The notes under the pieces: model-generated
What the model saw: only the letters and a program-made list of their open reading frames with translations
What the model was told of the DNA's origin: nothing
The model's database searches: none
Made by a program: the position numbers and the translations under genes
Origin: an uncultured bacterium
GTDB lineage: Bacteria; Bacteroidota; Bacteroidia; Chitinophagales; Chitinophagaceae
Length of the DNA: 64,000 nt
Assembly: GCA_903921675.1 (NCBI GenBank)
Contig: CAIXQW010000256.1
Span: forward strand, 12,958-76,957
Direction of reading: 5' to 3'
In this document: piece by piece, positions 1 to 10,500 of the stretch
How the letters are laid out: each line of letters opens with the position of its first letter
Position numbering within the stretch: position 1 is the first letter of the stretch

Positions 1-153
1 TTTTTCTGTTGGGTAAGATAGTTTTACAGTTAAATGAATTACATCTCCAATCAATACTTCATTGCTATCTACTCCTACAGAAAATTGTACATCTTGTGCA
101 TATATTGCTATACCACAACAAATAAAAATGATATGTAAAAATAATAATTTCAT
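1..153 (-). CDS. partial CDS (first 51 codons, runs off the window start): signal-peptide protein, third gene of the moxR/DUF58 operon
   Basis: The ATG at 153-151 abuts the DUF58 stop codon. My translation is MKLLFLHIIFICCGIAIYAQDVQFSVGVDSNEVLIGDVIHLTVKLSYPTEK, with a hydrophobic leader ending A-Q. It is absent from the ORF track because it has no stop inside the window. Confidence 0.5.
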   Translation of the reverse strand, partial: MKLLFLHIIFICCGIAIYAQDVQFSVGVDSNEVLIGDVIHLTVKLSYPTEK

Positions 154-1017
154 TTATTTACTAAAATAGTTGTGCAATACTTTTACATAATCTTGTGCTG
201 TATGCATACTAATAAATCCAGCATTTACTTTAGAAAATATTTGTTTGGTTGCAGAAGTATGTTTATCAAATTTGTTTTGGATATTTTTTCTTACGGTACT
301 ACTATTTGTATTTATCCATTGTTGATTACCAGTTTCTAAATCTTGCACTGGAAGTAAGCCTACGCTTGGTATTTCCCTGTCTAATGTATCAAAAATATGT
401 ATGCCAATAATATCGTGTTTTTTACTAGTTAGCCTTAATTCTTTTTCAAATGGCTCGCTTAAAAAATCGCTTATTACAACAGTAATTGCTTTGCGTTTTG
501 CAATATTGTTTAGCACTTGTAATGCTTGGCCAATATTTGTATTGCTATTATTTTTTGCTTCTATTGTAAGCAATGTTCTTAATATTAATAAAATATGAGA
601 GCGACCTTTTTTGGGCGCTATCATTTTTTCTACACCATTGCTAAAAAATATTGCACCTACTTTGTCATTGTTTTTTAAAGCACTAAAAGCTAGTGTAGCA
701 CTTAATTCTGTGGCTAATTCTCTTTTGGTTTTTGTAGAACTGCCAAACATACTACTATTACTAATGTCTATTAATAGCATCATCACCAGTTCTCTTTCTT
801 CTTCAAATACTTTGATAAATGGATGTCCAAATCTTGCACTCACATTCCAGTCAATAGCTCTTACATCATCGCCATAATTATATTCACGCACTTCACTAAA
901 GCTCATGCCTCTGCCCTTAAACGCAGTATGATACTCTCCAGCAAAAATATGATTGCTAAGTGTTCTGCTTTTAATTTCGATGTGCCTGATTTTAGATGTA
1001 AGCTCTTGAAGTGTCAA
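154..1017 (-). CDS. DUF58 domain protein (vWA-like partner of MoxR)
   Basis: 287 aa. EYHTAFKGRGMSFSEVREYNYGDDVRAIDWNVSAR matches the DUF58 signature. It lies directly downstream of a MoxR ATPase, as in Bat/aerotolerance-type operons. Confidence 0.9.
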   Translation of the reverse strand: MTLQELTSKIRHIEIKSRTLSNHIFAGEYHTAFKGRGMSFSEVREYNYGDDVRAIDWNVSARFGHPFIKVFEEERELVMMLLIDISNSSMFGSSTKTKRELATELSATLAFSALKNNDKVGAIFFSNGVEKMIAPKKGRSHILLILRTLLTIEAKNNSNTNIGQALQVLNNIAKRKAITVVISDFLSEPFEKELRLTSKKHDIIGIHIFDTLDREIPSVGLLPVQDLETGNQQWINTNSSTVRKNIQNKFDKHTSATKQIFSKVNAGFISMHTAQDYVKVLHNYFSK

Positions 1018-1117
1018 ATTATTTTTGTTTAAAGTGTAAGATGCAAAGTTTATTTACAATAGAATTATCCTAACAAATAAATCGCAAGGACTGGAGACAG
1101 ATGACTGCCTAATTCTA

Positions 1118-2113
1118 TTAAGGCACTTCTACTTTGTTTAAAATTTCAGTTACAATTTTTTCGCTAGTAATATTTTCTGCTTCAGCTTCGTAGCTTAAGC
1201 CAATTCTGTGGCGCATTACATCCATAGCTATCGCGCGCACATCTTCTGGTATTACATAGCCACGGCGTTTAATAAATGCATGGGCTTTACTAGCCATTGC
1301 CAATGCAATACTTGCTCTTGGACTTGCTCCATAAGTTATTAAACCTTGTAATTTTTGTAAATTATATTTGGCGGGTTCTCTTGTAGCAAATACAATATCC
1401 AAAATATATTTTTCAATTTTATCATCTAGGTAAATTTGCTTTACTAATTCCCTAGCTTTTAATATTTCTGCAGGCTCAATAATTTGCTGCAATGTATTAG
1501 TAGCAAATTGAATTTGTTGTCGAATAATCATTCTTTCTTCATCCATGCTTGGATAGGTAATCACCACCTTTAACATAAACCTATCTACTTGTGCTTCGGG
1601 CAATGTATAAGTGCCTTCTTGCTCTACAGGGTTTTGCGTGGCAAGTACCAGAAATGGTTCTTCTAATTTATAAGTATTATCTCCAATGGTTACTTGTTTT
1701 TCTTGCATAGCTTCTAGCAATGCACTTTGTACTTTTGCGGGAGCTCTATTGATTTCATCAGCTAAAATAAAGTTGGCAAATATTGGTCCTTTCTTTACTT
1801 GAAATTGATTTTGCTGCAAATTATAAATCATTGTACCTACCAAATCTGCAGGAAGCAAGTCTGGTGTAAATTGAATTCTACTAAACTTACCACCAATGCT
1901 TTGCGCCAAACTTTTAATTGCAAGCGTTTTTGCAAGCCCTGGTACACCTTCAAGTAGCACATGTCCATTTGCTAATAAGCCTATTAATAGGCGTTCCAAC
2001 ATATATCGCTGTCCAACTATTTGCTTATTTAGCTCTGCAAATAATACATCTACAAAGCCACTTTGTGCATTTATTTTTATATTTAATTCTTGAATGTCTA
2101 TGCTAGTATTCAT
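1118..2113 (-). CDS. MoxR-family AAA+ ATPase
   Basis: 331 aa. Walker A is GVPGLAKT and Walker B is ILADEINRAPAKVQSALLEAMQE. The length and C-terminal region are typical of MoxR. Confidence 0.93.
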   Translation of the reverse strand: MNTSIDIQELNIKINAQSGFVDVLFAELNKQIVGQRYMLERLLIGLLANGHVLLEGVPGLAKTLAIKSLAQSIGGKFSRIQFTPDLLPADLVGTMIYNLQQNQFQVKKGPIFANFILADEINRAPAKVQSALLEAMQEKQVTIGDNTYKLEEPFLVLATQNPVEQEGTYTLPEAQVDRFMLKVVITYPSMDEERMIIRQQIQFATNTLQQIIEPAEILKARELVKQIYLDDKIEKYILDIVFATREPAKYNLQKLQGLITYGASPRASIALAMASKAHAFIKRRGYVIPEDVRAIAMDVMRHRIGLSYEAEAENITSEKIVTEILNKVEVP

Positions 2114-2120
2114 AAGTGCT

Positions 2121-2128
2121 CAAAAATA
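2121..2128 (-). promoter_or_regulatory. candidate -7 box TATTTTTG (TAnnTTTG) for moxR
   Basis: The plus strand reads caaaaata. The G of the box is 7 nt from the moxR ATG. Confidence 0.4.
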
Positions 2129-2250
2129 ATCTTTAGAAAGTATTTATCAAGTTAAAATTTTTAGAAATTTTTGCTGTTTAAAATTGTTGGTAAAAGTAAC
2201 CGGTATAATCAGGCGCAATTACCTTGGCTTTTTAAATAAAATAATTAAAC

Positions 2251-2258
2251 TACTTTTG
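2251..2258 (+). promoter_or_regulatory. candidate -7 box TACTTTTG for the 2266 ORF
   Basis: Exact TAnnTTTG match, 7 nt upstream of the ATG at 2266. Confidence 0.4.
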
Positions 2259-2265
2259 CTACATA

Positions 2266-2613
2266 ATGATGACCGAACAACAACTAACAGAGTTAGATGC
2301 TAAATGGATAGAGGTAAAGGCGATGCTGCAAGACAGATTTGGCAAAGTGCCAGATATGGAGGCAATTTTGTTTTTGATAGGTATGAATGAAGTAGGCTTT
2401 AAGCAGGATAAAGAATTTAAAAAAGAAGAAAAGCAAGATTTAATGCATGTAGCAATGTGCATTTTATTAAGCCATGATGGTTATTACGAATATATCAATC
2501 ATGATGCAGATGGTTGGCCACACTTTAAAAAAATTAAAGAATTCCCTGGTGTAACAATGAAGGAACAAGAGGACTATTTAAAAGAAAAAGTAATTGTTTA
2601 TTTTGGAGTGTAA
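2266..2613 (+). CDS. hypothetical cytoplasmic protein
   Basis: 115-aa ORF with no signal peptide, a clean intergenic context and a -7 box upstream. I recognise no family. Confidence 0.55.
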   Translation: MMTEQQLTELDAKWIEVKAMLQDRFGKVPDMEAILFLIGMNEVGFKQDKEFKKEEKQDLMHVAMCILLSHDGYYEYINHDADGWPHFKKIKEFPGVTMKEQEDYLKEKVIVYFGV

Positions 2614-2617
2614 TTCG

Positions 2618-3898
2618 TTACAATGCTTGATATGCACTTTCGTACTGTTTTCTGCTTCCCCAATATAATAGAGAGATAAAAAACAAAAAGAAAACAATGC
2701 CACTTTGAATATCTAGCATATCATCTGTAGCACAATTTACAAAAGTAATTACTACCATCCACATACCAGCCCATTCTTTTTTTACTTTAAAAAACCACCA
2801 AGTTATAGCAAATACCATTACAATATATAGCAATCCAAAGAAACCTAAATCTAACCAAGTACGCATAAATTGATTGTGGCAATGTAATGGAAGTTTTGGA
2901 TCTGCTAAATAAGTGTATCCCTTTTCTGTAAACTGATCAAATAGCATTTGATTTGCCATTCCTGTGCCATAACCTTTGTACCAAACAGGTTTAACTTTCT
3001 GAAAGCTTTCAAAAGCCGCTGCGGCCCTAGCCATTGTGCTTTGATTAAATTTTATTTGATTATTGATTGGTATCCAATGGAAAAAGTCTGTAAATCTACC
3101 CCACAAAAATAATCGAACTATTCCAATAATAGTAAACACACTTGTAAGCATAATTCCGGAAAATAAAATCTTTTTTTGAGCAGTAAGTTTACTATTTAAT
3201 AATTTAAAAAGCATCCATGCTATATAAAACAAAAAGATAAGAAATGCAGTTTTGCTAGTTAATTGTCCAATAAATATTACAAAAAATAGGATTAATACAA
3301 TGCGTATCCAATTAGGTATTTCATACTTTACTTGGTAACCAATCCATGGTAGGCTTAACCAAATTATACTAAAGATGAAAAAATTACTAAGATATCCAGG
3401 ATGCATAATTGGAGAAGCGAGTAACTCGTAAATTAAATTATCAATATTGCGGATTGGAGAATGAAAATAATTCCAATTGCCAATTACCTCGCAATAAAAC
3501 ATAGCAAATAAGCAGCTTACCACAAAAATAAAAATAATTCGCTCTACCTCTCTTCTACCCAAACTTTTTTCGCCTGCAAATATTAATGGGAATACGATAA
3601 AACTTAATTTTTTTTCTATTGCATTATAGGCCATATTTTTATCTGCACTAAAATTCATCCAAACAGCATGCCAAATAAATACACCAAAATAAAGCCAGAC
3701 CATTTTATTGCTAAATGCGCTTTTTAATTTTTGTAAAATATTTTTATCTGCTACAAAAAACACCCCTAATACAAAAGTACTTTTGCTACTAATTACATGA
3801 AATATGGAGTGTCCATTTGTATTACTCCAAACTATAGAAGCAGCAACCAAACATAATAAAAATATTAGAATATTTGGTCTGTTAAAAAATGATGGCAT
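2618..3898 (-). CDS. O-antigen ligase (Wzy_C)-like polytopic membrane protein
   Basis: 426 aa with about 10-12 hydrophobic helices. HCHNQFMRTWLDLGFFGLL resembles the HN..l...e.G..G motif of O-antigen ligase family proteins. Confidence 0.65.
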   Translation of the reverse strand: MPSFFNRPNILIFLLCLVAASIVWSNTNGHSIFHVISSKSTFVLGVFFVADKNILQKLKSAFSNKMVWLYFGVFIWHAVWMNFSADKNMAYNAIEKKLSFIVFPLIFAGEKSLGRREVERIIFIFVVSCLFAMFYCEVIGNWNYFHSPIRNIDNLIYELLASPIMHPGYLSNFFIFSIIWLSLPWIGYQVKYEIPNWIRIVLILFFVIFIGQLTSKTAFLIFLFYIAWMLFKLLNSKLTAQKKILFSGIMLTSVFTIIGIVRLFLWGRFTDFFHWIPINNQIKFNQSTMARAAAAFESFQKVKPVWYKGYGTGMANQMLFDQFTEKGYTYLADPKLPLHCHNQFMRTWLDLGFFGLLYIVMVFAITWWFFKVKKEWAGMWMVVITFVNCATDDMLDIQSGIVFFLFFISLLYWGSRKQYESAYQAL

Positions 3899-3935
3899 TG
3901 GTGAAGTTACATTTATTTTGTTTTACAAATTTGCT

Positions 3936-3943
3936 CAAAAGTA
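3936..3943 (-). promoter_or_regulatory. candidate -7 box TACTTTTG for the O-antigen-ligase-like gene
   Basis: The plus strand reads caaaagta, 37 nt upstream of the ATG at 3898. Confidence 0.4.
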
Positions 3944-3990
3944 ATACAGAAAAAATTGTTTTGCTATTAAATATGTTTTAACTTTATAGT

Positions 3991-4608
3991 ATGTTTCTGC
4001 GTATACATCCTGATAATCCTGAAGATAGAAAAATACAGCAAGTATTAGACTGTTTAAGAAACGGTGGTTTAATTATTTATCCTACAGATACTGTATATGG
4101 TATTGGTTGCGATATATTTAATGCCAAAGCTATAGAAAAGCTTTATCGACTAAAAGGCGTGAATGAAAAAACAGCTCGGTTTTCTTTTATTTGTAAAGAT
4201 CTAAGCGACTTTAGCAAATACGCAAAAAGTATAAATAGTCCAGTATTTAAGCTAATTAAAAAAAGTTTGCCAGGGCCCTTCACATTTATTTTAGATGCTA
4301 GTAAAGAAGTACCTAAACTTTTAAAAACCAAAAAAAATACAGTTGGTTTGCGCATACCAGATAATAAAATTTGTGCTGCAATTGTAGATGCGCTTGGGCA
4401 TCCTATTATTACCACATCGTTACCAGAGACTGCAGAGGTAGAGGATTATACAGACCCAGAAACATTTTTTTATTTATTTGAAAACAAAGTAGATTTAGTA
4501 ATAGATGGTGGTATAGGCAATACAGAATCTAGTACTGTAATTAGTTTTGTAAACGACGAAATAGAAATTATTCGGAAAGGTGCAGGCAGCATAGAAATAT
4601 TTGAATAA
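3991..4608 (+). CDS. yciO: YrdC/Sua5-fold protein of the YciO subtype (L-threonylcarbamoyladenylate synthase family)
   Basis: 205 aa. IHPDNPEDR, YPTDTVYGIGCD, FSFICKDLSDFSKY and VDLVIDGG line up along the whole length with my recollection of E. coli YciO. Confidence 0.8.
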   Translation: MFLRIHPDNPEDRKIQQVLDCLRNGGLIIYPTDTVYGIGCDIFNAKAIEKLYRLKGVNEKTARFSFICKDLSDFSKYAKSINSPVFKLIKKSLPGPFTFILDASKEVPKLLKTKKNTVGLRIPDNKICAAIVDALGHPIITTSLPETAEVEDYTDPETFFYLFENKVDLVIDGGIGNTESSTVISFVNDEIEIIRKGAGSIEIFE

Positions 4609-4669
4609 ATAAATCTTTGCTACCACTTTCTTTTATGCCCTTCTAGCCAATCCTCTCAATATTATTCAT

Positions 4670-4677
4670 TAATTTTG
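4670..4677 (+). promoter_or_regulatory. candidate -7 box TAATTTTG for mutL
   Basis: Exact TAnnTTTG match, 4 nt upstream of the GTG start at 4682. Confidence 0.35.
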
Positions 4678-4681
4678 TGCC

Positions 4682-6529
4682 GTGTCCGACATCATCAATT
4701 TATTGCCAGATCATATTGCCAATCAGATAGCTGCAGGAGAGGTAATACAGCGCCCAGCAAGTGCTGTAAAAGAAATGCTTGAAAATGCCGTTGATGCTGG
4801 TGCTACACAAATTCATTTGCTTATAAAAGATGCCGGTAAAGAATTATTAAAAGTAATAGACAATGGCAAAGGCATGAGTGAAACTGATGCGCGCATGAGC
4901 TTTGAAAGGCATGCCACTAGTAAAATTCGCAATATAGAAGATTTGTTTAGCATCCGCACTATGGGCTTTAGAGGAGAGGCATTGGCAAGTATTGCAGCAG
5001 TAGCACAAGTAGAGTTAAAAACCAAACCGCATGATGCAGAAGCAGGTACTTATATTCAAATAGAAAATAGCACTGTATTAAAACAAGAACCTTGTGGCAT
5101 GCCAAGCGGTACCAGCCTTGCAGTAAAAAATTTATTTTATAATGTACCAGCGCGTCGCAATTTTTTAAAAAGCAATACCACTGAAATTAAAAATATTGTT
5201 GATGAATTTACGCGTGTAGCAATGGCCTTCCCAAATGTGGGGTTTAGGCTTACCAACAACGAAACAGATATTTTTTTACTAGAGCCAGGCAATCAAAAAC
5301 AAAGAATTGTAGCACTACTTGGCAATGCATTCAATGCAAAATTAGTAGCCACAGAGCAAGATACAGAGTATGTAAAAATAAAAGGATTCATTGGTACACC
5401 ACAAGCCGCTACAAAAACGCGTGGCAATCAATTCTTTTTTGTAAATAATAGATTTATAAAAAGTGCATATTTAAACCATGCTGTAAGCAGCGCCTATCAG
5501 AGCTTGATAGCGAAAGATGAGTTCCCGGCATTTGTATTATTTTTAGATATCGACCCAGAAAAAGTAGATGCCAATGTGCACCCTACTAAGCAAGAAATAA
5601 AATTCGAAGACGAAAAAATAATTTACGCTTTTGTAAATAGTGCTGTAAAACATGCTTTAAGCAAAAACAGCATCGCACCTAGTATCGATTTTGAATTAGA
5701 CCCACATATCAGTCAGTTATCTAGCATCACCCAGCCCTTTACAGATATACAACGCAGTGCAACGCAAAAAGAATTTCTGTTCAATACATTTACACAAAAA
5801 GGCACTGCTCATTTGATAGATAAACGCAACGATTTAAAAAACTGGAAAGAATTGTATAAGATAGGCGAAGACGATAATCATGCACCAAGCATGGATATGC
5901 CTACAAGAGAGCCTATGCATAATAGCACACAGTTGCAGCATGGTTTACAGCAGTATACAGAATCACATATTCAAATGTTATTCGGTAAATATATTTTGTA
6001 TCCAAAATCTTCAGGTTATTTATTAATAGATGCCGTGGCTGCATTAGAAAGAATAGCATATGATGATTATGCAAGTGCACTTAGCTGTCAGCCTATTTCT
6101 ATACAAAAAAGTTTACATCCACAAACCTTTGATGTAAGCCCATCGGATGCTATTTTATTAAATGAAGTTTTGCCAGATATGCATGCACTTGGATTTGAAA
6201 TAGAGCATTTTGGCGCACAGAGTTTTATCATTCAAGGTGTGCCAGCAGATATAGAAAGCGGTAGCGAAATAAATGCTATTGAAAAAATACTAGAACAAAT
6301 TAAGCATAGCAGTTCTGATATAAAATTAGATAAGCGAGAAAAATTGTTACGCACTATGGCATGGCAAAAAGCCAATAGAAGCAGTATACAAATGCCATTG
6401 GATGCCTTAAAAGAACTTTGCACTAAACTATTTCAAAGCACGCAACCTACTTATACGCCTCGTGGTAAAAAAATTATTGTAGAATATTCTTTAGCAGCAA
6501 TAGAAAGCAGATTTAATAATGAAGCATAG
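4682..6529 (+). CDS. mutL: DNA mismatch repair protein MutL
   Basis: 615 aa with a GTG start. The N-terminal GHKL ATPase motifs are LPDHIANQIAAGEV, ENAVDAGAT, DNGKGM and GFRGEAL, followed by a C-terminal dimerisation region. Confidence 0.95.
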   Translation: MSDIINLLPDHIANQIAAGEVIQRPASAVKEMLENAVDAGATQIHLLIKDAGKELLKVIDNGKGMSETDARMSFERHATSKIRNIEDLFSIRTMGFRGEALASIAAVAQVELKTKPHDAEAGTYIQIENSTVLKQEPCGMPSGTSLAVKNLFYNVPARRNFLKSNTTEIKNIVDEFTRVAMAFPNVGFRLTNNETDIFLLEPGNQKQRIVALLGNAFNAKLVATEQDTEYVKIKGFIGTPQAATKTRGNQFFFVNNRFIKSAYLNHAVSSAYQSLIAKDEFPAFVLFLDIDPEKVDANVHPTKQEIKFEDEKIIYAFVNSAVKHALSKNSIAPSIDFELDPHISQLSSITQPFTDIQRSATQKEFLFNTFTQKGTAHLIDKRNDLKNWKELYKIGEDDNHAPSMDMPTREPMHNSTQLQHGLQQYTESHIQMLFGKYILYPKSSGYLLIDAVAALERIAYDDYASALSCQPISIQKSLHPQTFDVSPSDAILLNEVLPDMHALGFEIEHFGAQSFIIQGVPADIESGSEINAIEKILEQIKHSSSDIKLDKREKLLRTMAWQKANRSSIQMPLDALKELCTKLFQSTQPTYTPRGKKIIVEYSLAAIESRFNNEA

Positions 6530-7460
6530 TTTTATTTTATTACTAATAATAGTTGCAGCATGTGGCAAAAAAACGCCAAGCAATATTGTAGTGCAGAAAA
6601 ATTTAAGTGATAATGAATTGTATACCGTAACTTATTTAACAGATAGTATTGGCTTTATTGGTGGAGGATTGGAATATACTTTAGATGAAATTTACAAAAC
6701 CACAGATGCAGGGGCAACTTGGGTAAAAAAAGCAGTATCTACAAATTTTAGAAAATCGATTAGACGATTTTTTGTACAAAACAATGGCACGATCATGGCA
6801 TTAGGTTCCAGTGGATATATGGCACTGAGTAAAGACACAGGTGAAACTTGGGTGTATAAGCAACTGCCAAATTATACAGATATTAGAGATGCAATACAAA
6901 TCAAAGACACAATAATTTTAGCTGTAGGCAAAAGCACAAAGGGGTTTCTTACTTATATAGATACCAATGGCAATTTTATTAAGGAAGAAACTTACCATCA
7001 CGAAATGACTGGTATTGCTATGAATGGACACACAAATGGATACGCATCTGCATATAGTGCTGTTTTAAAAACAACAGACGCAGGACAAACTTGGCAATAC
7101 ACCACTGCCAAAAATGATATTTACAAAAGTTTACTTGTATTATCCAACTCTGATGCTATCATATGTGGCTACGATGGCAGTATAAAGCGCACAACAGATG
7201 GTGGTGACACTTGGTTGCATATAAAAAATAGTAATGCACTAACAACCACTTATCGTTGGAATCAATTAATACAATTAAATGCAAACATAGCTGTAGTAAT
7301 AGGTGATGCAGGAAAAATTGCATTAGTAAATTTACGCGATAACAGCTACAATATCATTTCTTCTATTATTGCTGCAGATATATTAGGAGGATGTAAAAAA
7401 AATAGCAGTACAATTGCTTTATGTTGTAGCAATGGCGAGTACATAGAATTGGGACTTTAG
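6519..7460 (+). CDS. lipoprotein with BNR/Asp-box beta-propeller repeats (Ycf48-like)
   Basis: Lipobox LLIIVAACGKK. Repeated S/T-x-D-x-G-x-T-W motifs are TTDAGATW, SKDTGETW, TTDAGQTW and TTDGGDTW. It overlaps the mutL stop by 11 nt. Confidence 0.7.
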   Translation: MKHSFILLLIIVAACGKKTPSNIVVQKNLSDNELYTVTYLTDSIGFIGGGLEYTLDEIYKTTDAGATWVKKAVSTNFRKSIRRFFVQNNGTIMALGSSGYMALSKDTGETWVYKQLPNYTDIRDAIQIKDTIILAVGKSTKGFLTYIDTNGNFIKEETYHHEMTGIAMNGHTNGYASAYSAVLKTTDAGQTWQYTTAKNDIYKSLLVLSNSDAIICGYDGSIKRTTDGGDTWLHIKNSNALTTTYRWNQLIQLNANIAVVIGDAGKIALVNLRDNSYNIISSIIAADILGGCKKNSSTIALCCSNGEYIELGL

Positions 7461-7540
7461 TAAAATAAAAATTTCCATTTTCACATATTCATAAGTTTTC
7501 AATAGACTATATTTTGCAGATAATAAAGTATTTTTACTGC

Positions 7541-10500
7541 ATGCATAAATTTACGCTTTGCCTAGTTGCCTTATTTGTATTTTTAAGTACAATCGTATCT
7601 AGCCAGCCTGCAAATAAATCTGTAAAATTACCTAAACCAAGTGTTGGCATCAATGCATGGGTAGATAGTATTTATAATAGTTTAAGTTTAGAACAAAAAA
7701 TTGGTCAGCTATTTATGATAGCAGCCTACAGTGGTGGTGAAAAATACAATAGACAAACGATTGAAAAATTAATTACACAAAACTTCATTGGCGGATTAAT
7801 ATTTATGCAAGGCACTGCGGAAGCGCAAGCAGAACAAACCAATGCTTTTCAAAAAATGAGTAAGGTGCCATTATTGATAGGCATGGATGCAGAATGGGGA
7901 TTAGGCATGCGATTAAAAGGTGTTGATGATTTTCCGCGCCAAATAATGTTGGGAGCAATGAAGGATACTAGCTTAGTATATAAAATGGCGCAGGCAATTG
8001 CCTACCAATGCAGAAGAATGGGAGTGCACATGGACTTTGCACCAGATGTAGATATCAATAATAATCCAAACAACCCAGTAATTAATTTTAGAAGTTTTGG
8101 TGAAAATAAATATGCTGTCGCTCGCTATGCTACACAGTATGTAAAAGGCCTGCAAGATGGAGGTATTATAGCTAGTGCTAAACATTTTCCAGGACATGGC
8201 AATACAGATATGGATAGCCATAAAGATTTACCAACTATTAGTGGTAGTGCAAAAAGTTTAGAAGATAACGAATTATATCCTTTTAGAGAAATGATCAACA
8301 ATCAAGTAGGTAGTATTATGATAGCGCATTTACAAGTACCTGCATTAGATAATACACCAAATACGCCTACCACACTTAGCAAAAAAGTAGTGACTGATTT
8401 ATTAAAAAATAAATATAATTACAAGGGACTAATTATTACTGATGCATTAAACATGAGTGGCGTTACTAAAAACAGAATACCTGGCGAATTAGATTATCAA
8501 GCTTTTATGGCTGGCAATGATATTTTATTATTTAGTCAAGATGTAAGTGCTGCTGTAAAGAAAATTTCTGATGCCATAGAAAATGGCACCATTACTGAGG
8601 AGCGCTTAGAAGAAAGTGTAAAGAAGATTTTAAAGGCAAAATATTTTGTAGGACTCAATAAAACAAGAACAATTTCTGCAGAAAATATTACTACCGATTT
8701 GAACCAATATACAAGTAGCATCCGAAGTTTAGTAGCCAAAGAAGCCACTACCCTACTTAGCGACCAATATAATATTTTAGATAAAATTCGCAGAAACGCA
8801 GCGAAGAAGATTGCTTATGTTGGCATTGGTACTGATGCCCCTAATACTTTCAGTAAAGCATTAAATACAATTGGCATATCAGAAATGTATTTTGTAAATG
8901 GCAATGATGCTAACCTTGCAAATAAATTAAAAGACTACGATGCTGTAATTATTGGCATACATAATGTAGCACTTTATCCAGGTAAAAGTTTTGGATTAAA
9001 CATATCAGATATTGCAATAGCAAATGCACTTGCAAAAAATAAAAACAGTATGCTGGTATTATTTGGCAATCCTTATGCAATGAAATATTTCTGCGATGCA
9101 AAAGGTGCCATTGTAGCTTACGACGAAAAACCAGAAACACAAAACGTATTAGCAGAAATTATCAGTGGAGATTTTCGAGCAAAAGGAAAATTACCTGTAA
9201 GTGTTTGTCCATCTTACTCAGCAGGTTCTGGTATTATTACGCTTACCAATCAGCTTGGCGAAAAAGATAATACAAATCCAGAAGTGCCACGCGAAATAAA
9301 AGATATAAAAAAAAATGATGATAAACTGCTACAATTAAACTGTGATAACAATTCGAAAGATTTGATTCCATGTGTAAAAAATATTTTTCATCCTGTACCT
9401 GTTGTATGCTGCTTTAACCCAGAAGCTATTGGTAGTAATAACGATAAGCTAGAAAAAATAGACAACTTAATAGAAAATGCAATTGCCAAAGGTGCATTTC
9501 CTGGATGCAGAATATTAGTAGCTAAAGAAGGAAAAGTATTTTACGATAGAAGTTTTGGTTATACTACTTTCAACAAAACACAAATGGTAAAAGAAAATAC
9601 TTTGTATGATGTAGCTAGTGTAACTAAAGTAATGGCTACAACTTTGGCAGTTATGAAATTGTATGAGCAAGGAAAATTAAGTATAGAAAACACACTTGGT
9701 GATTACTTACCAATTACCAGAGGCACAAATAAATCTGATATTAAATTAAAAGATATGTTGCTGCATCAAGCAGGACTTAAAAGTTGGATACCTTTTTACA
9801 AAGAAACATTAGATAGCAATAAGCAACAGCGCAAAGACATATACAGCAATAGCGCTAATGGCAATTACACGGTAAAGGTGGCCAATAATTTATATATGAA
9901 TAAGCATTGGACAGACACCATGTGGCAAAGAATATTAGATAGTCCAATAGGTGCAAAGGTGTATGAATATAGCGATCTAGATTTTATTTTTTTACAAAAA
10001 GTAGTGGAAAAAATTACAGGGCAATCTATAGATGCGTATGTAGAAAAAGAATTTTATAAACCTTTAGGTATGAGCAATACTTGCTTCAATCCTATTAAAA
10101 AAGGTAAGCCTAACGCTAGCATTGCACCTACAGAAAGCGATAGCTATTTTAGGTATCAAATAATACAAGGTTATGTGCATGATATGGCTGCTGCTATGTT
10201 TGGTGGTGTAAGTGGACATGCAGGACTATTTAGCACTGCTGGTGATATAAGTAAAGTTTTACAAATGCTGATGAATGGCGGCATCTACGAAGGCAAAAGA
10301 TATTTTGAAAAGAAAACAGTAGACTTTTTTACAACGTACAAAACCACTACGCGCCGTGGTTATGGGTGGGATAAAACAGAACCAAATACTGCTAAAAGCA
10401 ATCCTACTGCAGATAACTGCAGCTTACTAACTTTTGGCCACACAGGCTTTACTGGCACTTGTGTTTGGGCAGATCCTACTTACAATTTGCAATTTATATT